DNA of 64,000 nucleotides. It comes from the human T2T-CHM13v2.0 reference genome, Homo sapiens. A program made the position numbers and the translations under genes. Of the stretch, positions 1 to 13,239 are shown one piece after another; the first letter of the stretch is position 1; every line of letters starts with the position of its first letter. The notes under the pieces are model-generated. The model had not been told where the DNA came from. It made no database searches and saw nothing but the letters and a program-made list of their open reading frames with translations. Location: the NCBI RefSeq assembly GCF_009914755.1, contig NC_060944.1. One strand, given 5' to 3'.

Positions 1-84
1 GGAAGGAAGGAAAAAATGCGGACGCGGATGTCCTGCAATAGGGACCTTGGGGCATGCCCCCACCCGCACAACACGAGCACTTAC

Positions 85-281
85 CTCGGCCACCATCTCC
101 AGTGTGAGGTTGCCACCTGCGTAGAAGGCAGCCGGGCCGGAGGTGCCAAGTACATCCAGCACCTCAGCCAGGTCGGGCCGATGCAGCAACGAGCCAGGTA
201 GTGGCGGGCGGCCCGATGGCAGGAACGTCTCCCGGAAGCGCTCGGACATGTTGGGTGGCAGCTGTTCAGCCAGGGCACGGG
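85..281 (-). CDS. GGT7: GGT7 exon 7 (197 nt; ARALAEQLPPNMSERFRETFLPSG...AAFYAGGNLTLEMVAE)
   Basis: Acceptor tgcccctag|, donor GAG|GTAAGT; cumulative 1014 nt in frame. Confidence 0.96.
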
Positions 282-610
282 CTAGGGGCAGGGACGGGAG
301 GCTGGGCAGGGCGGGACGCCAGGACTGGACCGGATGAGACGCGCAATAGATGGGGTAGATGGGGGCTGAGTGGCCCACCCTAAGTGCCCTGACCCCCAGG
401 AGCCTGTTAAGTGCGAGGCAGGGATGTCTAAGGGCCCTTCCCAGACCCCCTCGTTTGAGGCCGCCTCCAGGTGAGGGTGGGATAAGGTGGGGAGGGGGTC
501 TGAGGAGCAAACTGGAAGAGAGGGCCTCTCTGGCTTGGGCTCCAAATCTCAAAGATTCTACCCTTCTCCATCAACCTCATGTCTCTCCCAAATCCCCAGG
601 CCCCACTGAC

Positions 611-684
611 CTAGATCATGAGTCACGTTGAAGCCATCTTGGGCCACAGCTGCTGCAAAGGCCAGGACTTGGGACCATGGCAGC
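611..684 (-). CDS. GGT7: GGT7 exon 6 (74 nt; RLPWSQVLAFAAAVAQDGFNVTHDL)
   Basis: Acceptor ccccccag|, donor TAG|GTCAGT; LPW...A..GF.V motif. Confidence 0.96.
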
Positions 685-895
685 CTGGGGGGGCCGGAGA
701 GCAGGGGGTGGAGGAGGTCCTGGGGGAATGAGGAGGGGTCCGGGGGGAGGGGGGTTCCTGGGAAGGAGAGTCCTGGCAAGGGAAGGGGATATTAGGAGGG
801 GGAGTTGGGAAAGGAAGAATCCAGGGAAGTAGGAGAAGGCCACCCAAGGAGAGATGCAAACGGGGGTCCCTGGTCCCCAGGGGGAGGGTTGTTAC

Positions 896-963
896 CTGCC
901 ATAGAGCTGGTGAGCTTCATGTAGCCCCTTCACCATTCCGGGAACCCCCACCAAGAGCCCAGG
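896..963 (-). CDS. GGT7: GGT7 exon 5 (68 nt; PGLLVGVPGMVKGLHEAHQLYG)
   Basis: Acceptor ttgcccag|, donor CAG|GTAACA; VGVPG motif. Confidence 0.96.
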
Positions 964-1217
964 CTGGGCAAGGCGGGTAGGCGAGGGAGAGAGGAGACCA
1001 GGTCACTGGAAGGGGGGTGCTGGGCTGAACTCCGCAGAGCCCCAAGCCAGGGATGGCTGGCACAGGGGAGAGACACAGGCCAAGTATCCCAGGGGAGGGA
1101 CAAGCTTTCCCAAGCAGGCACCCCTCCCATCTCCCTGACTTCCTATCAGCAAATGCAGAAAGGCCTCTTTTAGCTGCCGTAGTTGGGGGATTTATAAATT
1201 AAGCAAAACTCTTTTAA

Positions 1218-1616
<399 letters not shown>

Positions 1617-2086
1617 TGAGCTCTGAAGACTCAGGGGTGTGTTTGGCTTTTGCCACCGCACTAAGTACCCATTTTTCCAAGTTATTCGATATCTTCTTTT
1701 TCTTTCAGCAGACAGTTGGTTTACTTCTGGCAATTCCCCTCTAATCTTCCAATATATCAAGGGCTGGGAAAGTTATAGTCAACTGGCTCAGAGTGAGATG
1801 TGTGAGTTTCATTGCATCAACTTCGTGACATTTCAGGGTACTCAGTAGCCTTTTTTCTTCCTTCCCACGTGCCAGATAGGTAAGATTCCCAGAGAAGTAA
1901 GGTTCCAGATTTTCTAGTTCATTATTTTATCTTGGGGGCTGCCTGACTCTCTCATAGCCTAAGAGAATCCTGCTCAACTCTTTTTCCCACTCCCCTGGTA
2001 AATACTTAGCAAATTAATGCTTGGGTTAGCAGAAGGGCAATGAAGAGAGACTCCCCTGAACTCTCTCTTCTCACCAGGGTCCCCAC

Positions 2087-2204
2087 CTTGGTCTCCCAGG
2101 ATCTTTGCAGGGTCTCTTCCCTGAGGGCCCCTGGTGCGGACTCCCGGAAATCAATTAGGTGGCTCTCATTTCGTCGGATGTCATGTACCAGCATCACGCC
2201 CCCA
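2087..2204 (-). CDS. GGT7: GGT7 exon 4 (118 nt; GGGVMLVHDIRRNESHLIDFRESAPGALREETLQRSWETK)
   Basis: Acceptor tctctcccag|, donor AAG|GTGGGG; DFRE.AP motif; cumulative 675 nt. Confidence 0.95.
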
Positions 2205-2717
2205 CTGGGAGAGACACAGAAGGGGAAGTGTGATGATAACATGCTACCCCTCTGTACAATGAATCTGCTGCCCCTCCACCCCCAGTGGTGAGAGCTGTAG
2301 GCTCAGTTTTTCATTTGGGGTCAGGTGTCTGAGCTCCCTCCCCAGCATGGATTCACAGACTCAGCCACCCTAAGAGGATGGGAGCAAAACCAAGAGGGTT
2401 GGAGACCCAGGGTCCATGGACCTCTTCTATCCTGTCACTGGAGACTTTAATCCCTGATTAGGAAAAGCCCAGAGACTGGCAGAACAGGATGTTCTGCCCC
2501 ATGCCCCCACCCTGGACCAGAGCTGGACCCCTGCCAGCTTCCTGCACCTGTCTACTTGGTATGTCCCTTGCCCCTCCCCCAGGACTGGATTATGTAAGGA
2601 TAGAACATGCAAAACCAAAAGAGGAATTTCTTTGGTACGGCTTGGAGAGCTGGTCTTACAGGAGCCAAGATAGGAACTTTGTCAGCTTGTTCCTTTTCTG
2701 TAGCTTATTTACGTCTA

Positions 2718-3056
2718 AGATGGGGGCTGCAAACTTAAATGCCCACAGCCAAATGACAAACTAAGGCAAGCAGGACAGAGAAGAGGAAGTGGTAGAAACT
2801 ACGGCAAACTGGACAGTGCATGCCCATCATGGGAAGCAGCTTCTATTCCACGCCAGGTAACTTCAGCCATGTGAGAATGCGGGCCCAAGTTGTTATCGGA
2901 TTTCCCGATTGTTCAAGAGATGTTGGAAATCTGGATTTTTATGAAAATTCTCAACTTTTTAACAAAAGCAAACAAAATTTTAAGACAGTTCAGTGTCTAA
3001 ACCAAACCAGTCTGTGTGCTGGGTGTTGCCCATGGGTGGCCAGCTTGTAACTTCTA
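2718..3056. mobile_element. hAT-Charlie DNA transposon relic (MER102-like)
   Basis: ggggctgcaaacttaaatgcccacag start; ttcaagaga..ggaaatctggatttttatgaaaa core. Confidence 0.6.
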
Positions 3057-3455
3057 AGAGTTCTTAGTGCAGGGTGTATTTTTGGAGGACAGAGGGTGCA
3101 AGGCTTTTCATCAGACCCATAGGGATTTATGATCCTAGAAGTTGAAATATCTCTGCCTTAATTGATGACAGTATACCTCCACCTGTGCATCTTAATTTAT
3201 GGTTTACAAATTTCTTTTTCTAGTTAAAAAAAAAAAAAAAAAGCTTCTGAAAACACTTTCAGGTTTTCCATAAGGTAGCTTTGCTCTTCTGACTCCATCC
3301 AGGGAGAAGGGGGTGAAATTTGGTGTAGAAAGAGAAAATGCAAGGAGTTGGGGCCCAAAAGCCCCTCTCCCTAAGTTAGGAGTGCTGCACATGAGGCCTA
3401 CAGACCTGGAGGCAAGAAGTAGGCCTGGGGGACCCCGACCTCCACTGCTCCTTAC

Positions 3456-3607
3456 CCGCCCAGGCCAGAACTGTGTGGAGCCACGATACCCAAACACAAG
3501 GCTGCTGCCACCGCTGCGTCCACAGAAGATCCCTGTTTACTGAGCACCTCGATGCCCAGTGAAGTGCAGCGGGCAGCATCGGTCACCACGGCACCCTGCT
3601 GGAAGAT
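3456..3607 (-). CDS. GGT7: GGT7 exon 3 (152 nt; IFQQGAVVTDAARCTSLGIEVLSKQGSSVDAAVAAALCLGIVAPHSSGLG)
   Basis: Acceptor cctcccag|, donor CGG|GTAAGG; conserved GGT N-terminal motif. Confidence 0.97.
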
Positions 3608-3954
3608 CTGGGAGGGGAAAGAGGACTTGGTGGGGGCAGGAGGAGCTGTCCACCTCCCTAGGGCACCTCCACTAGCCCTAGAACTCTACGCGGCATGAAG
3701 GTCGAAGCCCTGCCCCCTTGTTGCCTTGACTCTGCCCTCATTACCCCAAGTGCCTCCTAATGGATCTGTCCTTATTCTTCCTTGTTCTGTCTCCCTCATG
3801 CCCTGGAGCTCCTCTCTTTGGGACCTTCCTCTCCCAAGTCACCACCCTCTCTCCCCTTCTACCACTCAGCCATTCCCCAGTTTCCACAGTTCCTCAAACA
3901 TTACCCCACTCCCCACTCCCCAGTTTCCTCCCCCTCCCCATTTGTCCCCCTCAC

Positions 3955-4190
3955 CTGGGGGTCCCCGAAGTAGATCTGCATGACCAGCGCCACGGTGACA
4001 CCGGTAGCGAAGGTGAGACAGGCCGTGACGATGACCGTGAGCCCATCCTGGCGGCAGGAGCACTCGGCCGCTGCGGCGGAGAACGGGTCTTTGCGCGTCT
4101 CGCGTAGCGGCGACCCGTCTTGGCTGCCCATCTCCGACGACGACGATGGCAGCCGCTGCAGCCGTGCAGACTTCAGGAAGGAGTCCGGGT
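3955..4190 (-). CDS. GGT7: GGT7 exon 2 (236 nt; DPDSFLKSARLQRLPSSSSEMGSQ...GLTVIVTACLTFATGVTVALVMQIYFGDPQ), includes the type II signal-anchor helix
   Basis: Acceptor ctgcccgcag|, donor CAG|GTGAGG; cumulative 405 nt in frame; hydrophobic ~21-aa segment. Confidence 0.96.
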
Positions 4191-4430
4191 CTGCGGGCAG
4201 GCAGCCGGGGTCGGTCTGGGCATCTCCTATCTGGCCCTGCCCACCCTCCAGGTGGGACTATTCAGCGCTTTCCCTGCCCCGCCCCTGCCACACAATCCCC
4301 GCACTGGCTAGCACTACTCACCTTTCCTCATTTTCGCGTGCACCCCAGGACAGGCGGGGCAACGGTGCCCGGCTAGGAAGAGACAGGGACCTCCCCAGCT
4401 GGGCAGCAGGGAGGCTGGATTCCCGCCCCT
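3975..4430. promoter_or_regulatory. Intragenic CpG-rich segment over GGT7 exon 2 and the adjacent intron 1
   Basis: Many CpGs; GC boxes at 4277-4285 and 4421-4430. Confidence 0.6.
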
Positions 4431-4995
4431 CCCTGATACCTAGGCCAAATTTCCTGGCACCCAGGGCCCAGGGCTGAGAACACTTCCTGGGGGGTGGGGT
4501 GGGGGTTCCAGCCCTCAGTGGAAATCGGATCCTGCCCCAGTTGGGGCCCAGCCTTCCATGCAAGGAGGCAGCTACATAAACAGAGTGGAGGGACCCTGCC
4601 TTCCAACCTCACTTCAGTTATCAGCTCACTCATTCCTTAAATATGGAGAGCCCTATGCTAGGTGCCAGGGGACGGGAACAGATAGTTCCTGCCCTCATGT
4701 GGTTCATAGAGCCCTGGAAGAAAAAGCCAATAAGCAAAGGAGTCTATAATTACAAGTTGTGGCAGGTGCTATGAAGAAAAAGGAGGAAATGACAGAATAA
4801 TGGTGGTAGGGGAGGGAGGATTCCTTAGCTGCAGAAATCAGGGAAGGCCTCTCAGGAAGTGACTTTTAAGCTGAAAACTAAGGGATGAGAAGGAGCCAGC
4901 TATAATGTAGAGCAAAGAGTATGTGTGTGGAATGTTCTGGAAAGAGGGAACAGTGGATGCAAAGGCCCTAAAGTGGGAATGAGCTTGGCACATTA

Positions 4996-5448
<453 letters not shown>

Positions 5449-5483
5449 TCACTACTCGAGAGGCTATTTTTGTTTGTTTTTGA

Positions 5484-5624
<141 letters not shown>

Positions 5625-5958
5625 TGAGTAATTTTGTATTTTTAGTAGAAACAGGGTTTCAGCATATTGGCCAGGCTGGTCTCGAACTCCTGACCCCAGG
5701 TGATCTACCTGCCTCAGCCTCCCAAAGTGCTGGGATTACAGGTGTGAGCCACCGCACCCAGCCCACTACTAGAGAGTTTTAAGCAAGAATGTGAAACCAT
5801 CTGTTCTGTGTGTTATTGTTGTTGTTTGAGACAGGGTCTGGCTCTGTCACCCCAGCTGGAGTGCAGTGGCACCATCTCAGCTCACTGAAACCTCTGCCTC
5901 CCTGCAACCTCTGCCTCCCAGGCTCAAGCCATCCTCCCACCTCAGCTCAGCTTCCTGA

Positions 5959-6189
<231 letters not shown>

Positions 6190-7215
6190 TAAGAGTGGAG
6201 GTAGGAGAGAACTGAAAGCTCACTATTTGCTGGTGGCTATGGACAAGTCAGTCAAGTCATGCACCTCACCTTCCTCATTCTAGTAATGGAACTAATCCCT
6301 AACTGGTGGGATAGGGGTACAAGGATTCCATGAGGTGATGTGCACCCAGTGCACTGTAGGTACTCACTCCAAGTTATTTCTATTCCTTTTCCACCTTGAC
6401 CAGGGCTGAGACCCTCTTCCATCCCATAGCTCCCTCCTCTGAGTGTTATTAGCTGTGAACCCAGGTCCCTAAATGGCCTAAAGGTCCTAGGTGTTTGTGA
6501 ACAGTAAAGAAATAGTCTTTACTTTACCTTGACCTCATGCTGTACTCACAATATGTTTTTTAAAGTTTATTCATTCAATTTTTTTAGTACCTGCTACTAT
6601 GCACTAGGACTATAACCCCTTTAAAAGTCTATGTGATAATATTAAAAACTGACCATTTTATTGTTCTGTTTAAAATACGTGGTTCACTGATGCCAACATA
6701 ATAAACATCTAAGCTCCTTGTGGTGTTTAAAGACCTTCATGATCCACAGTCCCATCTTTTGTGTAAATAAGAAACCAAATATATAGATAAAATGATGATA
6801 TATGCAAGAAATGTTTATAAATTATTACAGAAGTTACTCTTGGGAAAGGATACTGAAGATGGGAATGAGATGGGGTGGGAGTTTTTTTGGTTTGAAATTT
6901 TTACCACTTATATCTATTTCCTTTTTAGAAATCAATACATAAACCGGGAGTGCTCGTGCATGCCTGTAAGCCCAGCTATTCAGAAGGCTGAGGCAGGAGA
7001 TCACTTGAGTCTAGAAGTTCAAAGCTGCAGTATGATTGCAATATGAATAGCCACTGCACTCCAGGCTGGGCAACATAGATAGACCCTGTCTCTAAAAAAA
7101 ATTAACACATATATTTTGAAATGAAAAGGAAAAATTACAGGGAGATAGGAATGGGAAAGGGGACTTTTTTATTCTTCCTCACTATTGCTTTTTTTTTTTT
7201 ATCATGAACATGTAA

Positions 7216-7344
<129 letters not shown>

Positions 7345-7705
7345 TGAGTAGCTGGGATTACAGGCACATGCCACCACGCCTAGCTAATTTTTTATATTTT
7401 TAGTAGAGGCAGGGTCTCACCATGTTGGCCAGTCTGGTCTTGAACTCCTGACCTCAGGTGATCTGCCTGCCTCAGCCTCCCAAAGTGTTGGGATTACAGG
7501 CATAAGCCACCGCACCCTGCTGTTTTTAAACTTTATTTTCAAAAAAAGGTTATCTTCTGAGACTCTCCCTCACTTCATAATGCTTGCCTCTAACCCTCAA
7601 CATCAGCATCACAGAGTCTGTAAATAAAACTGGAATTCATCCAAACAAACAGACGTTAAACACCCACTGTAGGCACAGAACTCTCCTTGGCCCCTAGAAA
7701 TGTCT

Positions 7706-7745
7706 TGTTGTTGTTGTTGTTGTTGTTGCTGTTGCTGTTGTTGTT
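7706..7745 (+). repeat. (TTG)n trinucleotide repeat with CTG interruptions
   Basis: Direct reading; tail of an Alu monomer. Confidence 0.9.
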
Positions 7746-9154
7746 AATAGAGACAAGGTCTTGCTATGTTCCCCAGGCTGTTCTCAAACTCCTGAGCTCA
7801 AACAATCATCCCGCCTCAGCCTCCCAAAGTGTTGGGATTACAGGCGTGAGCCACAGCACCCGGCATTAGAAGTTTCAAAAGAAGTGTGGGAAAGGGTTTT
7901 GAACTTATATTTATTGATGCTGACTACATATTAAGCATTTTACATATATTCCTTTATTGAAGTGTTCCCAAGACTTTATGAAATAAGTCCCACTCTCGCC
8001 ACTTTACAGATGAGAAAACTAAGACCAAGAAAGGTGATATTGCCCATCTCAGGTCATAAAATGAGTAAGTGGGCCAGGTTTGGTGGCTCACGTCTGTAAT
8101 CTCAGCACTTTGGGAGGCCGAGGTGGGAGGATTGTTTGAGCCCAGGTATTCAAGACCAGCCTGGGCAACATAGCAAGACTCCTGTCTCTACAAAAAAATT
8201 TTTTTAATTAGCCAGGAATGGTGGTGTGCACCTGTTGTCCCAACTACTCGAAAGGCTGAGGTAAGAGCATCACTTCAGCCTGGTAGTTCGAGGCTGCAGT
8301 GAGCCACTGCCCACCAGCCTGGGCGACAGGGTGAAACCCTATCTCAAAAAATTTAAAGTAAAATATAAAATAAAATAAAATGAATAAGTGGCAGGACCAA
8401 GAGTCTGTGTAACTAGAAAGCCTCCTTCCCATTGCTCCACATGGCATCAAGAGCCATTTCTACCCTCAGAAACCAACCTTACAAGCTAATTTTTGTTGCT
8501 ATTTCTTGGTACTTATTGCTTTGTTTTTGAGAGATAATCTTCCTGCCAGGCTGGAATGCAGTGGCGCAATCTCGGCTCACTGCAACCTCCGCCTTTGGGT
8601 TCAAGCATTTCTCATGCCTCAGCCTCCCAAGAAGCTGGAATTATAGGCATGCACCACCATGCCCAGCTAATTTTTGTATTTTTAGTAGAGATGGGGCTTC
8701 ACCATGTTGGCCATGAGGCTGGTCTCAAACTCCTGGCCTCAAGCAATCCGCCCGCCTTGGCCTCCCAAAGTGTTGGCATTACAGGCGTGAGCCACTGTGC
8801 CCGGCCCTAGGTATGGTTTAATTTGTTTTCTCCAGTCAGATATAAGGATCCAGGAGGTAAAGGTGACATGTCCCTATCATAGCTATTCAAGACTCTCTAC
8901 TCCACCAGTCCATCATAAAGTTATTGATTTATACAATAAAAATATTTACTGAGTACCTACTATGTGCACTGTGGAACAGCTAGGGCAATAACAGTGTTGA
9001 TTTTACTGATAGGGAAGAGCAACAGCAGGATACTGGAAAAAGATTAATTTGCAACCAGAAGGAATAAGTCTTTTGGGAGAAAGATGACAAGTTCAATTTT
9101 GGTTATTATAAATTTGTGGGACACCATAAGAAGCTGTCTGGAGGCAGTTGGCCT

Positions 9155-9692
9155 AGTAGATATCTAATTTTTACCTTCAGGGCTCATCCCTGGTATCTGC
9201 TTGGATACCACTTCTCATTCAATTTTCTTTTAAGGAACATTCTCTCTCCTCTCTCAGCCAACTCCCTCATCCCTGACCAAAGTATATAACTCAGACTTGG
9301 CCAGTCAGAACAGGTACCTCTGTGCAGTAACAGGCAATGTGAACAAAGCCAGGCCAATAAGACCCAAACTTTGTTATTTTGCTGGAACTACTGGGAAAGA
9401 GAAAGGCTCCTCTTTCTATTACACTTAAGTTGCTAAGTTGGTAGGATGTAAGCCTGTAGCTGCTGGGGGCATCTTGCCCCTAATAAAATGGGAGGCCTTC
9501 TGCCAATGAAGCCCACCAAAAGAAGGCAGAGCAAAAGATGGAGAAAAGTCCATTCCTTTTTAGGTACCTTAATCCAGCTATGCCTGAAACCCCATATCCC
9601 TGGACTTTTCAGTTATGCTACCCAGTAAAATTCTCTTTTTGGATGTAGCTCAGTTAAACTGGGTTTATAACAAAATAATCCTGAACAAAATT
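9155..9692 (+). mobile_element. Ancient ERVL/MaLR-class solo LTR (LTR16-like)
   Basis: gttgctaagttggtaggatgtaagcctgtagctgctgggggcatcttg and ccagctatgcctgaa...ggacttttcagttatg...cagtaaaattctc motifs; subfamily assigned by eye. Confidence 0.6.
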
Positions 9693-9800
9693 GATTATAC
9701 AAGTCCAGAGTTTAGGAGAGTGATCTTGGCTAGAGGCTAGGGTCATCCCTGGCTTGTTGTTTATTCCCTTAAGGGGAGAATCACTAAAATAAATAAATAA

Positions 9801-10031
<231 letters not shown>

Positions 10032-11352
10032 TGAATTCCTGAGCTCAAGCAATCTGCCCACCTTAGCCTCCCAAAATGCTGGGATTACAGGTGTATGCCA
10101 CTATGCCCGGCAGAATCACCAAAGATGTCTGAACCAGGGAGTGACATGACCAGAAGCGATGGATGGATTGGGGTGGGGACTGGGCAAGAGGGAGGAGGCA
10201 GGAGGAGTAGCTAGAAGCCTATAAATAATATTGATAAGAGAGGTTGGTGGCTTAGTCTACAGTGGTGATGACAGGGATGATGAGTAGGAATTTGGAAGAT
10301 ACTTAGGAGGGGTGCAGAGAGCACTTGATCACCATTTGGAAATGAGAAGAAAAGGAGGAGTCCAGCATGCCATTCATTATTGGGAGACTGGGTGACTGGC
10401 AGTGTCATTAATGGAGAATGGCAGTGGAGGAAGAGCAGGTGCATGGGGAAGGGATATGATGAGTTCAAAATAGAACATGCTATAGATGAGGCACTTGCAG
10501 GACATCTGGAGACACAGGCCTGGGAGAGAAAGGAACACAAGGGCTTGGAGCTCAGAAGAAAGAAAGTATTTCCCAACCTTGGAATGATCACTGTCTAGCT
10601 CTCTTTCCCACAGAGCCTGATGTGGGGTGCCTGGCACTTGGGTTTAGGGAATGGCAGGCTAGAGGCTAGCTGGGCACAACCAAGGTCCTGGCTAAGAGGA
10701 TGGTGCTGTGCCACTAGATGGTACCACCAGGTTGAGAACACAGGAGGCCATGTCAGCCTGTAGTCTGGTCCAGGTGAACCGAGGAAGCCTTGGGGCTTGG
10801 AAGTAGGATTGGGAGATATGGCATTCAAATGATTACACTGAAATGATGGCAACACACAAACCTGACACATAAATTTGGCATAAGGTATAAACTCCCAGAA
10901 GCTCAGATGACTAGGATCTCTGCTGGATTTCCATACAGGGGTGAGGGCAGAGCCTGTATTGAACTTCCCAAAATACTCCCTGAGGTTTTGGAACTTGCTC
11001 TCTCCTACCATTCTTTCATCCTCTCTCCTACCATTCTTTCATCCTGAGATCTTCTCTCTCATGCATTTATTCATTCAACAATTATTGAGTGCCCAATAAA
11101 TAAATAGAGATGAGGGTTTTTTTTGTTGTTGTTGTTTGTTTGTTTTTTTGAGACAGAGTCTCACTCTGTTGCCCAGGCTGGAGTGCAATGGCGCGATCTT
11201 CGCTCACTGCAACCTCTGCCTCAGCCTCCTGAGTAGCTGGGGTTACAGACACCTGCCACCAGGCCTGGCTAATTTTTTTTTTTTGTATTTTTAGTAGAGA
11301 TGGGGTTTTGTCATGTTGGCCAGGCTGTTTTTGAACTCCTGACCTCAGGTGA

Positions 11353-11742
<390 letters not shown>

Positions 11743-13239
11743 TGAACAAAACAATCATGATCCCTGCCCTCATGGGGCTTACAGACAGGGAGTAATCAGA
11801 TAATTGCACAAATAAATAATCATAGATTTTGGTAAATGCTAAGACATTTACAGAGGGCCAGAAGAAAACATGTCAGGCAGTTCCAATCTCTAGGTCAAGA
11901 GAGACAGGCATTCTCTGTTGAGCTGGAAGAGGAAACTAAGGCCCAGGACAGGGTAGGTGTGCCTGTTGTCGCTTGGTGAGTCAGGGCTGTATTAGGACCA
12001 GAAGTCTCACTCCTGACTACTGAATAAAAGGCCTAGCTTCAGGCTGATATCCATCATGACACATCTTCCCACTCCTCTCCCTGCTACCTCCTGATTCCAC
12101 TCCCTTTGGAAAATAAGTTTTGATCCGCAGCCCTGACATTTGACGCCCATAAACCTCTAAACTCCATCTTCATTATCTCCTCACCCCCACCCCATACAGA
12201 GTGCAGTCCAGTCAGGTTGGCAAGGGCTGCTGGTCAGGGCCAGATGACCAGAAAGTGTAGAGGAGGAGAGAATTTGGGGCTTTCAGGCTGGGAGCAGCTA
12301 GGGAAGGGCCAAGCCGGAAAAGCAGCATCTGCCAGGCTGGTAAGAGACAAGGCTCAAGTGCAGGCACTGCGAGGAAGCGAGAGTGAGGTAGAAGGATGCT
12401 CTAATGCCAGGAAGTGACGTGCAGGGACAGAGGGATGGGGGATGAAGGATGAAGAATGGAGGGGAGGATGAAGCTGGGCCACATGGCTAGGAGGAAGAGC
12501 AGCAGGGAAGGAATGCACAGAGAGCTCTTTGCCCCCAGGTCTCTTCCAATCCCTGTCTCCTCCTTCTCTTACCCCCACTTCTCACAATTCCAGCAGAGGG
12601 CTGAGGGGAACACAGTAAAATTCTGGAGACTGCTTCCTAGGGAGCAGAGTACCTTACTAATACCCCGGCCAGATCCATGGCTCAGGGAGGGGTGGGGTAA
12701 TCCACAGGAGAGTGAAGGCGTTCTAGTCCCCAAGGACTTTTGAGAGGTCATGCAGTCCATGCCTCCGTCTCCCAACACCCAACAGAGGGGAATCATATTC
12801 TCTTTACCCCTCCCTAGACATGAAGAGATTCTCCGCTTCTCCCAGACCCTCTGCTTCTCACAATCCCTGGCTGTGGGGAACTTCTCTTAAGGCACAGATT
12901 GGATCCCTCTTGCTGCAGTCTCTGACTTGGTTTCTCCTATCCTGTCCTCTGTGGCTAGAGAAAGCCCTCTTCTGGGTGATCACAGCGGTTCCTTAGGATC
13001 TCCCCTTCAACATTCCTTCATCGTTAGTTGGTTCTTCCCAGAAGGTAAGCCCAATCCCTTCTACTGCAGTCCCTAGCATCCTCTCCGTTGTCGCATCCTA
13101 CGCCTCCAAGGCAGAAATGCACCCCCTTCCTCACCAAATAATTAACAGAGACAAGGGAGAAGAAGGGAGAGATCCAAGAAGATGGGGATGAATTAAGGAG
13201 ATGGAGCTGGAGGTGGATGCTTGACACAGAAGAAGGAAG

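Noticed and set aside
3980-4477. 165-aa ORF antisense to GGT7 exon 2
   Set aside because: Shadow ORF of a GC-rich coding exon
7687-7869. ORF with a poly-Leu signal-peptide-like start
   Set aside because: Produced by the (TTG)n tail of an Alu monomer
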